From contig CACIRB010000001.1 in assembly GCA_902588925.1 (NCBI GenBank), forward strand, positions 20,218 through 84,217: a DNA stretch of 64,000 nt, read 5' to 3'. The notes below the pieces were generated by a model. The model was given only the letters and a program-made list of their open reading frames with translations. It searched no databases and was not told the origin of the DNA. The stretch comes from an uncultured Pelagibacteraceae bacterium. Its GTDB lineage: Bacteria; Pseudomonadota; Alphaproteobacteria; Pelagibacterales; Pelagibacteraceae. A program made the position numbers and the translations under genes. Each line of letters opens with the position of its first letter. The first letter of the stretch is position 1. Shown here in pieces: positions 39,233-49,021 of this stretch.

Positions 39233-39888
39233 TAATAATTTTTTTTTAAATAATTATTTAAATATTCTTTATGCTTAGACACTTCGTCTTTTGATGGAGT
39301 AATAATTTTTTTAAAGTATGAAATTTCTGAATTTAATTTATTTAATTCAAGACTTTGTTCATTTTTAAAGTTAAGAGTAGGCTCTTTTTGATCAATTAAA
39401 TTTATATAAACCTTCGCTAGAAGATCACAGTCAATTAAAGCCGTATGTTGGACTCTTCTAGAATTATCAATTCTATACCTTTTGCACAATGCGTCTAGAC
39501 TTGATGAAGAGCCTGGAAATTTAGATCTAGCTAATTCAAGAGTATCAATTATTTTATTGCTAATTTTGCTTTCTCCTATTAACGAAAGCTCATTATTTAG
39601 ATGAGCAATATCAAATTCTGCATTATGAATAATTAAACTTTTACCTTCAATAAAATTTAAAAAATCATTTACTATTTCAGAAAATTTTTTTTGTTTTGAT
39701 AAAAACTCATCAGAATAACCATGTACCTCAAATGCCTTTTCAGAAACTTTTCTTTCAGGGTTTAAATATGTGTGAAACTTATTTACAGGTACTAAATCAT
39801 CTAATTCGATACATCCTATTTCAACTATTCTATGACCGTCTTTAATTGATATTCCGGTTGTTTCTGTATCTAAAACAATTTCTTTCAT
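39229..39888 (-). CDS. dnaQ: DNA polymerase III epsilon subunit
   Basis: LDTETTG, HNAEFD, SLDALC, HTALID. Confidence 0.95.
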   Translation of the reverse strand: MKEIVLDTETTGISIKDGHRIVEIGCIELDDLVPVNKFHTYLNPERKVSEKAFEVHGYSDEFLSKQKKFSEIVNDFLNFIEGKSLIIHNAEFDIAHLNNELSLIGESKISNKIIDTLELARSKFPGSSSSLDALCKRYRIDNSRRVQHTALIDCDLLAKVYINLIDQKEPTLNFKNEQSLELNKLNSEISYFKKIITPSKDEVSKHKEYLNNYLKKNYY

Positions 39889-40458
39889 TTATAAAATTTT
39901 ATTTATAATTTTTATAATTTCGTTTTTAACAGGTTTTTTTGTAAATGTATTTTTAATTATAAAATGAGATTTTTTCTTTTTATAGCTTGGGCTAAACTGA
40001 ATTTTTTTAAAAATTCTAAAAAGTTTTGAGTTAAATTTTGGCCTTTTTTTAATTTTTTTATCAATATCTTTTTTTTTTGAGTCAACAAAAACCAATAAAT
40101 CTTTTTTATTAAAAAGTTTATTTTCAATTAGTAATGGAATATCTAAAATTACAATTTTTTTATTTTTATTTTTCTTTAAAAAAACATTAAGTTTTATTCT
40201 TATTTCTTTATGTACAATTTTTATTATTTTATTTAAATTATTTTGATTATTTAAAATTGCATTTGTAATTTCGTTTTTATTTATTGGAAATTTAGTTATA
40301 TATTTTGGTAATTTATTTTTTAATTTTAAAAAAACTTTTTTATCTTTTTTATAAATTTTTGCTACTTCTAGATCTGCACTAAATACTGGATATCCAAAAT
40401 TATTTGCTACAAAAGTTTTTCCAGAACCAATATCTCCGATTATACCTATTCTAATCAT
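39889..40458 (-). CDS. coaE: Dephospho-CoA kinase
   Basis: GDIGSGKT, AD, LDIPLL; between aroE and dnaQ. Confidence 0.88.
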   Translation of the reverse strand: MIRIGIIGDIGSGKTFVANNFGYPVFSADLEVAKIYKKDKKVFLKLKNKLPKYITKFPINKNEITNAILNNQNNLNKIIKIVHKEIRIKLNVFLKKNKNKKIVILDIPLLIENKLFNKKDLLVFVDSKKKDIDKKIKKRPKFNSKLFRIFKKIQFSPSYKKKKSHFIIKNTFTKKPVKNEIIKIINKIL

Positions 40459-41245
40459 GGTCTAATAATTTTAATATTTTTTCACTTACATTTGGTTCAA
40501 CACCATGCCACAATCTAAATGCTTCACACGCCTGATAAATAAACATTAATTTGCCATTTTCTATTTGGTTTCCTAATTTTTTTCCTAATTTTAAAAAATT
40601 GGTTTCATTAGGATTATAAATAACGTCATAAAAAAACTTATCTTCACCAATGTTAGAAGTGTTTAAATCGATGGTCTCATTGTTTAAACCTAAACTAGTT
40701 GCATTTATAATCATATCAAAATCAGGCACCTCACCCCAACTTACAGTATTAATTTTGTTAAATTGAATTTTTAAATCTTCAGCTTTTTTACTGGTTCTAT
40801 TGCTTATAATTATTTCTGAAGCCTTCATTTTATTTAAAGCAACAATCAATGATGGAACTACTCCACCAGCTCCTAAAATTAAAATTTTTTTATCTTTAAT
40901 TTTGTAGTTCAAACTATTTATAGCTTTTTGAAAACCACTTATATCTGTATTGTAGCCAACGAGGTCGCCATTATTAAAACAGATTGTATTTACTGACTGT
41001 GCCTGTTCTGCCTCAAAACTTAACCTGTCTAAAAAAGGAATCACTGTTTTTTTAAACGGAACAGTAACATTACAACCATTTATTTCTTGATTTTTAATTT
41101 TATGAATAAAATTTTTAATTTCATTTTCTTCAAGTTTAATTTTATCGTAAACTGCATTAATATTATTTTGTTCTAACCAATGGTTATGTAGTTTTGGAGA
41201 CAAGGAATGATTAATCGGATTTCCAATTACAAAATATTTTTTCAT
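40451..41245 (-). CDS. aroE: Shikimate dehydrogenase
   Basis: HSLSP, NVTVPFK, NTD, GAGG, NATSLG. Confidence 0.95.
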   Translation of the reverse strand: MKKYFVIGNPINHSLSPKLHNHWLEQNNINAVYDKIKLEENEIKNFIHKIKNQEINGCNVTVPFKKTVIPFLDRLSFEAEQAQSVNTICFNNGDLVGYNTDISGFQKAINSLNYKIKDKKILILGAGGVVPSLIVALNKMKASEIIISNRTSKKAEDLKIQFNKINTVSWGEVPDFDMIINATSLGLNNETIDLNTSNIGEDKFFYDVIYNPNETNFLKLGKKLGNQIENGKLMFIYQACEAFRLWHGVEPNVSEKILKLLDHD

Positions 41246-41829
41246 TTTTGTAAATTTAAATATTCTTTGATTTTTTTAATAGGTAAACCCATTATTGTAT
41301 CTTCATCTCCATCTATACTGCTAAATAAATTTCTACCTTCCCCCTCGATTTGATAGACGTTGTAAGCGTAAAGATTTTTATCCGATATCTTAGATAAATA
41401 TTCTGCTAATTCTATTTCTGAAAAATTTTTCATTGTTAGTGTTGCTTTATCAGTATAGTTCCAAATCATTGAGCCATTTTTTGAGATACAAACAGAACTT
41501 ATTAAAAAGTGTGGTTTTCCGTTAAGTTTTCTTAAAATTCTCATTGCTTCTTCTCTGCTCTCAGGTTTTGAAATTAACTCTCCATTTAAATCAATAACAC
41601 TATCTGCACCTAGTACTATTTTGTTTTGCTTTTTTGCACTAACTTTGTTTGCTTTTAACTCAGCTAAATTTTTTGAAATAATTTCTGGACTAGCATTTTC
41701 CTTAAGTAAAGATAATTTTACAATATCTTCATCAACGTTTGAAGGTTCCACAATACTTTGTATATTATTTTTATCTAAAATATCTTTTCTAACTTTACTT
41801 TTAGATGCTAAAATAATTTTATTTAGCAT
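41242..41829 (-). CDS. Maf-family nucleoside triphosphate pyrophosphatase
   Basis: ILASKS..R, VDE, GADS, YQIEG, IMGLP. Confidence 0.92.
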   Translation of the reverse strand: MLNKIILASKSKVRKDILDKNNIQSIVEPSNVDEDIVKLSLLKENASPEIISKNLAELKANKVSAKKQNKIVLGADSVIDLNGELISKPESREEAMRILRKLNGKPHFLISSVCISKNGSMIWNYTDKATLTMKNFSEIELAEYLSKISDKNLYAYNVYQIEGEGRNLFSSIDGDEDTIMGLPIKKIKEYLNLQK

Positions 41830-42646
41830 TGTTTGAGTATATTTCGTGTATTTTAATTATAGAAGCAGCGGTTTCCTCAACAGATTTTCTTGTTACATCT
41901 ATTAGTGGCCATTTATATTTTTGAAATGTTTTCTTTGCTTGAAGAACTTCTTTTTTTATACTCTCTAGGTTGGTATAATTTATGCTTTCAGTTTCTTTCA
42001 ATGAATTCATTCTATTTTTTCTTAAGTCTGCAAGTCTCTCGGGCTCTGTGCTTAACCCAACAACGCAAGTTATATGAGGATTTTGCTTTAGTTTTTCTGG
42101 TAAAGAATTTTCATTTACCAAAGGAATATTTGAAGTTTTAAAGCCCTTGTTAGCAAGGTAAATAGATGTTGGTGTTTTACTGGTTCTACTAACTCCAACT
42201 AGAATAATATCAGATTTTTCAACTTCGCTTATTAAATTACCATCATCGTGATTCATGGTAAATTGAATTGCTTCAATTCTATCATAATATTCATCATTTA
42301 AAACGTGTTGTCCGCTTGGTTCGTGAGAAGCTTTTTGATTTAAAATTTTAGAAAAATTTAAAATTAAATTACCCAATACTCCAAAACAAGGTATCTTCTT
42401 CTTTTCACTTTCACCAGCCAAATGTTTGGCAAGGTTATTGTCAACAATGGTATATAAAATTATTGAATTTTTATTTTCTTGTGCATCTTTTAAAATTTTT
42501 AAAATCTGATTTTCCGTTCTTGTGAATGAATAGGAATGAACTTTATATTCTATATTTAAAAACTGTGCTTTAAGAGCTAAAAATATTCTATCTAGAGTTT
42601 CTCCAGTCGAGTCAGAAATTAAATAAATTTGATATGTATTACTCAT
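41819..42646 (-). CDS. PEP synthase / pyruvate phosphate dikinase regulatory kinase-pyrophosphorylase (DUF299)
   Basis: SDSTGET, HDDG, GVSRTSKTP, DVTRKSVEETA. Confidence 0.93.
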   Translation of the reverse strand: MSNTYQIYLISDSTGETLDRIFLALKAQFLNIEYKVHSYSFTRTENQILKILKDAQENKNSIILYTIVDNNLAKHLAGESEKKKIPCFGVLGNLILNFSKILNQKASHEPSGQHVLNDEYYDRIEAIQFTMNHDDGNLISEVEKSDIILVGVSRTSKTPTSIYLANKGFKTSNIPLVNENSLPEKLKQNPHITCVVGLSTEPERLADLRKNRMNSLKETESINYTNLESIKKEVLQAKKTFQKYKWPLIDVTRKSVEETAASIIKIHEIYSNNAK

Positions 42647-42913
42647 AAATAAATTGTTAATAAACTTGTATTATTTTGATTAAATTATACAATTTTAAAT
42701 TTCTCCAATAAGATCTGTAAAACCTGACTTTTATTAACAATAATAATAAATAAGCTAAAACAATCCACAAAAATTGAAATAATCAAAAAAGCTTCATTTT
42801 AAACAATTTTAATCAACAAACTTGTTAGTAAATTGTGAGTATAATGTTTATAAAAAAAAATCTTCTTTATTCACAAGATATATTAATACTACAATAATTT
42901 ATAAGACTTTTAT
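42647..42913. other. Probable chromosomal replication origin (oriC)
   Basis: Largest intergenic gap in the window, between DUF299 and hemE (the Caulobacter-type origin position); several DnaA-box variants including TTATTCACA at 42867-42875; flanking operons point away from it. Confidence 0.8.
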
Positions 42914-43915
42914 ATGAAACCTTTAAATAAAGTAATTATTAACAAAGACACATCATTTAATCCTCTATGGATAATGAGACAAGCAGGTCGATATTTACCT
43001 GAGTTTAGAGAGATAAGAAAAAAAAATCCTGATTTTATTAATTTATGTTTAAATGATAACTTATCAGCTGAAATAACATTACAACCATTAAAAAGATTTG
43101 ATATTGACGCTGCAATAATCTTTTCAGATATTTTAATGTTACCTTACGGCTTAGGTCAAAAAGTAAAATTTGAGAAAAATTTTGGCCCTAAGTTAGAAAA
43201 TTTAGATTTAAAAAATATATCTAAATTAGATGAGATAGATTTTGTTGAAAAAATATATCCTGTTTATAAAGCAATTAAAAAAGTAAGCTCCGATTCGATT
43301 GTAAAAAACAAAAATACTATTGGATTCGTCGGAGCACCGTGGACGCTTCTAGTCTATATGATTAATTTAAAATCTCCAAAAAAAGATTTGAATAAAAATT
43401 TTTTTAAAGATGAATTTTTAATAAATAGAATTTTATTACTTATAGAAAAATTTTTGAAAGTTCATATTAAAAATCAAATAGATAATGGAGCAAACGTTAT
43501 TCAAATTTTTGATAGCTGGGCTGGTTTACTAGAAGAAAAAGATCTTCCAAATTATATTTATACTCCTACTATGAATTTAGTAGATTATGTTAAATCTTTT
43601 AAAGTACCAGTAATATGTTTTCCAAGAGAAATTAAAAACTACAAAGAATTTTGTGAAATTGTTAAACCTGACGCAATAAGCATTGATTATAATGTTGATC
43701 CAAAGAAAATATTAAAAGATATTAAAATTCCCATACAGGGTGGTTTAGATCCTAAGGTTTTACTAACTGATTATGACAATTTGAAAAAAGAGACAAATAA
43801 GTATTTAGAAATTTTTAAAGATCATCCATATATATTTAATCTAGGGCATGGTATTCTTCCTGAAACCAATCCAGAAATGGTCGAAAATTTAATTAAAATA
43901 GTAAAAAATAATTAA
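42914..43915 (+). CDS. hemE: Uroporphyrinogen decarboxylase
   Basis: WIMRQAGRYLPE, FSDIL, QIFDSW, NLGHG. Confidence 0.96.
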   Translation: MKPLNKVIINKDTSFNPLWIMRQAGRYLPEFREIRKKNPDFINLCLNDNLSAEITLQPLKRFDIDAAIIFSDILMLPYGLGQKVKFEKNFGPKLENLDLKNISKLDEIDFVEKIYPVYKAIKKVSSDSIVKNKNTIGFVGAPWTLLVYMINLKSPKKDLNKNFFKDEFLINRILLLIEKFLKVHIKNQIDNGANVIQIFDSWAGLLEEKDLPNYIYTPTMNLVDYVKSFKVPVICFPREIKNYKEFCEIVKPDAISIDYNVDPKKILKDIKIPIQGGLDPKVLLTDYDNLKKETNKYLEIFKDHPYIFNLGHGILPETNPEMVENLIKIVKNN

Positions 43916-43918
43916 ACT

Positions 43919-44911
43919 ATGGATAAAAATCATCCACCAGTAAATTATGGTAAAACAGGGGTGCTCATAATTAATTTGGGCACGCCAGATTCAACAAACT
44001 GGTTTGATATTAGGAAATATTTAAAAGAATTTTTGTCAGATAGAAGAGTGATAGAAGTAAATCCTATAATTTGGCAAATAATTTTAAATTTATTTATTCT
44101 AACTTTTAGACCCTCAAAGACCGCTAAGGCTTACAAAGAAATTTGGATGAAAAATGAAAATATGTCTCCACTTCTTTATTATACAAAAAAACAAAGTGAA
44201 AAAACCTCTCAGTCATTACAAAAAGAAAATATCATTTTAGATTTTGCTATGAGATATGGAAATCCAAGTATTAAAAAGAAGATACATAAATTACATGAGA
44301 TGGGATGTGAAAATTTAGTAATTTTGCCTCTTTATCCTCAATATGCAGCAGCAACAACAGCAACAGTTTGTGATGAAGTTTATAGAACACTAATGAAAAT
44401 GAGATGGCAACCTTCTCTAAAAATAATACCACATTATGAATCTAATCCTTTATACATTGACGCACTAGCTCATTCGATTAATAAAAAAATTAATGAAATT
44501 AATTGGAAGCCAGATCTAATCATAGCCTCATACCACGGGATACCAAAAAAATATTTTGATAAAGGAGATCCTTATCATTGCTATTGCCATAAAACAACTA
44601 GACTTATTTCAGAAAAATTTAATTCTATAAAAATTAAGACTACCTTTCAGTCAAGATTTGGCCCACAGGAATGGTTACAACCATATACTGACAAAACTTT
44701 AGAAAGTTTACCTAGAGAAGGAATTAAGAATGTTCTAACAATTTGTCCAGGCTTTTCATCTGATTGTGTAGAAACATTAGAAGAAATATTAATCCAAGGC
44801 AAAGAAAGTTTCATAAATGCTGGAGGATTAAATTTTGACATGGTTCCATGCTTAAATGACAATGACGATCATATATTTTTGATAAAGTCTTTAATTGAAA
44901 ACAATCTTTGA
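43919..44911 (+). CDS. hemH: Ferrochelatase
   Basis: NLGTPD, LYPQY, SYHGIP, FQSRFG, DCVETLEE. Confidence 0.96.
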   Translation: MDKNHPPVNYGKTGVLIINLGTPDSTNWFDIRKYLKEFLSDRRVIEVNPIIWQIILNLFILTFRPSKTAKAYKEIWMKNENMSPLLYYTKKQSEKTSQSLQKENIILDFAMRYGNPSIKKKIHKLHEMGCENLVILPLYPQYAAATTATVCDEVYRTLMKMRWQPSLKIIPHYESNPLYIDALAHSINKKINEINWKPDLIIASYHGIPKKYFDKGDPYHCYCHKTTRLISEKFNSIKIKTTFQSRFGPQEWLQPYTDKTLESLPREGIKNVLTICPGFSSDCVETLEEILIQGKESFINAGGLNFDMVPCLNDNDDHIFLIKSLIENNL

Positions 44912-44914
44912 TAA

Positions 44915-45349
44915 ATGAATACATATTTACTATTTAAATCTCTACATTTAATTGCAGTCGTTTCCTGGATGGCTGGTCTCTTATATTTACCAAGAATTTT
45001 TGTTTACCATGTTGAGAATAAAGAAAAAAAAGATGCTACCGATATATTTGAAGTAATGGAGAGTAAATTATTCTTTTATATTATGCGTCCCGCAATGATA
45101 TTTACTTGGGTGTTTGGATTGGTTTTGATCTATTTAAATGGAATAGAAATTTTTTTACAGATGTGGTTCCAAATAAAGATAATTTTGATAGTTTTACTAT
45201 CAGCCTATAATAACTTTTTAGGAAACTGTCTTGTTAGCATAAAAAATTCTACAAACACAAGATCTGCCAAATTCTTTAGAATTATTAATGAAATTCCAAC
45301 TGTAATTTTAATTATTGTTGTATTTTTGGCTATTTTTAAGCCAATCTAG
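44915..45349 (+). CDS. hemJ: Protoporphyrinogen oxidase HemJ
   Basis: KSLHLIAVVSWMAGLLYLPRIFVYH, NEIPT. Confidence 0.93.
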   Translation: MNTYLLFKSLHLIAVVSWMAGLLYLPRIFVYHVENKEKKDATDIFEVMESKLFFYIMRPAMIFTWVFGLVLIYLNGIEIFLQMWFQIKIILIVLLSAYNNFLGNCLVSIKNSTNTRSAKFFRIINEIPTVILIIVVFLAIFKPI

Positions 45350-45351
45350 GG

Positions 45352-45379
45352 TTGAAATAATAAAATCATTATATATATT
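45352..45379 (+). promoter_or_regulatory. Candidate sigma-70 promoter of rho
   Basis: TTGAAA-N16-TATATT; weak evidence in an AT-rich background. Confidence 0.4.
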
Positions 45380-45414
45380 AAATCCCTCGATAAGTCCTTA
45401 TCAAAAAATTCATC

Positions 45415-46683
45415 ATGAACATTCAAGAACTAAAACTTAAATCATCTGAACAGCTCATTACGCAAGCAGAAGAGCTTGGAATTGAGAATGCTAGCACATT
45501 AAGAAAACAAGAAATTCTTTTTGCTATACTTAAAAAAGTTGCAGAAAAAGAGGAAATCACTGGAGCAGGTGTCTTGCAGCTACTACAAGACGGCTTTGGT
45601 TTTCTTAGAGCAATGGAATCTAACTACCTTCCAGGACCGGATGACATATATGTAAGTCCAAGTCAAATTAGAAAATTTGGTTTAAGAACGGGAGATACAG
45701 TAGAGGGACCAGTGAGAGCCCCTAAAGAAGGTGAGAGATATTTTGCATTATTACAAGTCAGTAAAATAAATTTTGAGGAGCCAGAAAAAGCAAGACATAA
45801 AATTGCTTTTGATAACTTAACGCCATTATATCCAGATAAGCAATTGGTAATGGAAATCGAAACAACTAAGGTAGAAAAAAAACCGGATCTTACTCCAAGA
45901 TTAATTGATCTGGTTAGCCCAATTGGAAAAGGGCAAAGATCAATAATTATTTCACCACCAAAAGCTGGAAAGACTATGATTTTGCAAAGCATAGCAAACT
46001 CAATAGCTAAAAATTATCCAGAGTGTTATTTGATAGTTTTATTAATAGACGAACGTCCAGAGGAAGTTACAGACATGCAAAGAACTGTGAAAGGTGAAGT
46101 AATTAGCTCTACTTTTGATGAGCCAGCACAAAGACACGTTGCTGTTGCTGAAATGGTCATAGAAAAGGCTAAAAGATTGACAGAACACAAAAAAGACGTT
46201 GTAATTTTATTAGATTCGATCACAAGATTAGGGAGAGCTTATAACGCTGTAATACCTAGTTCAGGAAAAGTCTTAACAGGAGGTGTAGATGCGAATGCAC
46301 TTCAGAGACCAAAAAGATTTTTTGGTGCCGCAAGAAACATCGAAGAAGGTGGCTCCTTAACCATTATTTCTACGGCTTTAATTGATACGGGAAGTAGAAT
46401 GGATGAAGTCATTTTTGAAGAATTTAAAGGAACGGGTAATAGTGAAACCGTTTTAGATAGAAAGATTGCTGATAAGAGAATTTATCCTGCGATTGATATA
46501 ACAAAGTCGGGAACAAGAAGAGAAGAACTTTTGTTTAACAAAAATGACCTTCAAAAGATGAATGTATTAAGAAGAATAATTGCTCCAATGGGTACAATGG
46601 ATGCTATTGAATTTATTAATTCAAAATTAAAAGACACAAAAAATAATGCCGAGTTTTTTAACTCAATGAACAAGCCCGCTTAA
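45415..46683 (+). CDS. rho: Transcription termination factor Rho
   Basis: [33 protein letters not shown]. Confidence 0.98.
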   Translation: MNIQELKLKSSEQLITQAEELGIENASTLRKQEILFAILKKVAEKEEITGAGVLQLLQDGFGFLRAMESNYLPGPDDIYVSPSQIRKFGLRTGDTVEGPVRAPKEGERYFALLQVSKINFEEPEKARHKIAFDNLTPLYPDKQLVMEIETTKVEKKPDLTPRLIDLVSPIGKGQRSIIISPPKAGKTMILQSIANSIAKNYPECYLIVLLIDERPEEVTDMQRTVKGEVISSTFDEPAQRHVAVAEMVIEKAKRLTEHKKDVVILLDSITRLGRAYNAVIPSSGKVLTGGVDANALQRPKRFFGAARNIEEGGSLTIISTALIDTGSRMDEVIFEEFKGTGNSETVLDRKIADKRIYPAIDITKSGTRREELLFNKNDLQKMNVLRRIIAPMGTMDAIEFINSKLKDTKNNAEFFNSMNKPA

Positions 46684-46684
46684 T

Positions 46685-47527
46685 TTAAATATATCCAAGT
46701 TCTTTCATTTCTAAGCCAAGTTTATCTTTGATAAATTCTTGATCTTCACTATTCAGATATTTCTCCCACTTGTTTTCTTTTCCTAAATTGAAAAAATTTA
46801 CTTTATTTTCATTCGTAGTATCCATTACGCTTTCATCAAAACCTTCTTCAGCTTCTTTCTTCTTCATAACTTCAAACGATGTAGAATTTATAATGTTGTT
46901 AATTTTTTCTTCGCTGCAAGAAAAATCAACTAAATTTGCTAAGTATTTTGTTATTTTATTTATCTCATTTAAAGGATTTTTAATAAGATCTTCGTATTTA
47001 ATTAGCAATAAATTTTGGTTCATGTTTGTCCATGATTTTAAATGATCGTTCCATGATCCTAAAATAGTAAAAATGTTGTTTTCTTTTTTCATTTCTCCTA
47101 ATGCTCCAGTTACTGATTGTCGAGAAGTAATAAAATTTTTTGCTGTATTTTTATCAATACTATAATGATTAGTGAATGAATTTATTAAGTTTCTTGGATC
47201 TCTAACAATATAAATCGTACCTAATGTATTACTTTTATCAGTAAAAGCATGTTCGCCAATTTTACAATTAATATGATGAGTTTTGAAAAACTTAACCTCC
47301 TTATTTAAATTTATAAAGTTTTGTGACTCAATCCAATATTTTTTTATTTCATTTATATTATTAAAATCTTTAGTAAAATTTTTGAAATATTTTCTATTTG
47401 GAAATTGTTGAATTTTTTTCAGTAAGTCAAAATTGAAATTACCATCATTAGAGTAAATCAATGAGGAAATTATTGATCTAACCCAAGTATTCCCACTTTT
47501 GGGATATGAAGCAATCCAAATTATCAT
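46685..47527 (-). CDS. Sulfotransferase-family protein (paralog 3)
   Basis: SYPKSGNTW, FKTH, VRDPRN, KYEDL. Confidence 0.88.
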   Translation of the reverse strand: MIIWIASYPKSGNTWVRSIISSLIYSNDGNFNFDLLKKIQQFPNRKYFKNFTKDFNNINEIKKYWIESQNFINLNKEVKFFKTHHINCKIGEHAFTDKSNTLGTIYIVRDPRNLINSFTNHYSIDKNTAKNFITSRQSVTGALGEMKKENNIFTILGSWNDHLKSWTNMNQNLLLIKYEDLIKNPLNEINKITKYLANLVDFSCSEEKINNIINSTSFEVMKKKEAEEGFDESVMDTTNENKVNFFNLGKENKWEKYLNSEDQEFIKDKLGLEMKELGYI

Positions 47528-47572
47528 AATTAAGTTTTACACAATTAGACTTTTTGAAGATATAATATTTTT

Positions 47573-48904
47573 ATGACAATTTATGCTTTATCTACCGGGC
47601 CAGGTATTTCAGGTGTAGCTGTCATAAGAATTTCAGGACCAGAAACATCTAAGGTGATTGAATTATTAACAAACAAAAAATTACCTAAGCCAAGGATAGC
47701 ATCACTGAGAAAAATCAATAAAATCAATACTTCTGAGCTTATAGACGAAGGCTTAATACTATGGTTTCCCGGACCAGAGAGCTACACAGGAGAAGATATG
47801 GCCGAAATACAAGTTCATGGTAGCAAAGCTGTTATAGATGCCCTGCACTCCTCTATTTCTCAAATTGAAAATTGTAGATTGGCAGAACCAGGAGAATTTA
47901 CAAAGCTTGCTTTTCAAAATGGAAAAATAAATTTGCTAAAAGCAGAGAGTATTGCCGATCTAATTTCGTCTGAAACAGAAATTCAAAGACGACAAGCAAT
48001 TAAAATTATGGATGGAAAGTCTGCTGATCAATTTAATTTTTTAAGAGAAAAACTTTTAAAAATTTTGTCTCATGTTGAAGCTAAAATTGATTTTCCGGAT
48101 GAAGATTTACCAAACGATATTTTGGATGAAATTAAAAATAATTCAAATGAAGTTACTAAAAAAATCGAAAAGATTTTAAATGATCAAAAAGTTGGAGAAA
48201 GAATTAGAGAAGGTTTTAAGATTGCAATTCTTGGACCTACTAATGCGGGGAAATCTAGTTTAATAAATCATTTATCAAATAGAGATGTTGCAATTGTTTC
48301 TGAAATAGCTGGTACTACGAGAGATGTTATTGAAACTCATCTTAATATAGATGGTTATCCTGTAATAATATCTGATACTGCAGGAATAAGAGAATCTAAA
48401 GATGAGATAGAAAAAAAAGGTATTAAATTATCTTTGAATAGAGCTGAAGAAGCAGATTTAAAGCTTGTAGTGGTAGACGCAAAAAGCCCTGATTTTACTG
48501 ATGTTTTGAAGGGTTTTTTAGATGAAAATGCAATTTTAGTTATTAACAAGTCTGATCTTTTAGAAAAAGAAATTGATTCAGAAATAAAAAATATAAATCA
48601 TGTTTTAATCTCAATTAAGGATAACAAAAATATTGATGAACTAATTTCAAAAATAAAAAATAATTTAAAAAATAAATTTATAACTAGTGATGATATTTTA
48701 ATTACCAGGGAAAGACACAGACAAAATTTAGAACAGTGTTTAGACCATTTGAATAACTTTAATAAAAAAAAAGAAATAGAGGATTTTGATAAAGCAGCAG
48801 AAGATTTAAGATTAGCTACTAGACATTTGGGTATGATCGTTGGAAAAGTTGATGTAGAAGAGATATTAGGTAGTATTTTCAATGATTTTTGCATAGGTAA
48901 GTAA
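47573..48904 (+). CDS. mnmE: tRNA modification GTPase
   Basis: SYTGED, GPTNAGKSS, GTTRD, DTAG, FCIGK. Confidence 0.97.
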   Translation: MTIYALSTGPGISGVAVIRISGPETSKVIELLTNKKLPKPRIASLRKINKINTSELIDEGLILWFPGPESYTGEDMAEIQVHGSKAVIDALHSSISQIENCRLAEPGEFTKLAFQNGKINLLKAESIADLISSETEIQRRQAIKIMDGKSADQFNFLREKLLKILSHVEAKIDFPDEDLPNDILDEIKNNSNEVTKKIEKILNDQKVGERIREGFKIAILGPTNAGKSSLINHLSNRDVAIVSEIAGTTRDVIETHLNIDGYPVIISDTAGIRESKDEIEKKGIKLSLNRAEEADLKLVVVDAKSPDFTDVLKGFLDENAILVINKSDLLEKEIDSEIKNINHVLISIKDNKNIDELISKIKNNLKNKFITSDDILITRERHRQNLEQCLDHLNNFNKKKEIEDFDKAAEDLRLATRHLGMIVGKVDVEEILGSIFNDFCIGK

Positions 48905-49021
48905 TTCCCTATTTTCCTTGTTTTTTAGACATTTTTTGTCAAAAACTGTTGATAATTAATGTTTATTAACAAAAAAAAGAGCCTGTCTTGTAAATTATGT
49001 ATTCACATATAAATTCAACTC

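Noticed and set aside
42799-42812. TTAA pair in the origin as a CtrA box
   Set aside because: Spacing is 6 rather than 7, and TTAA is very common at this AT content.
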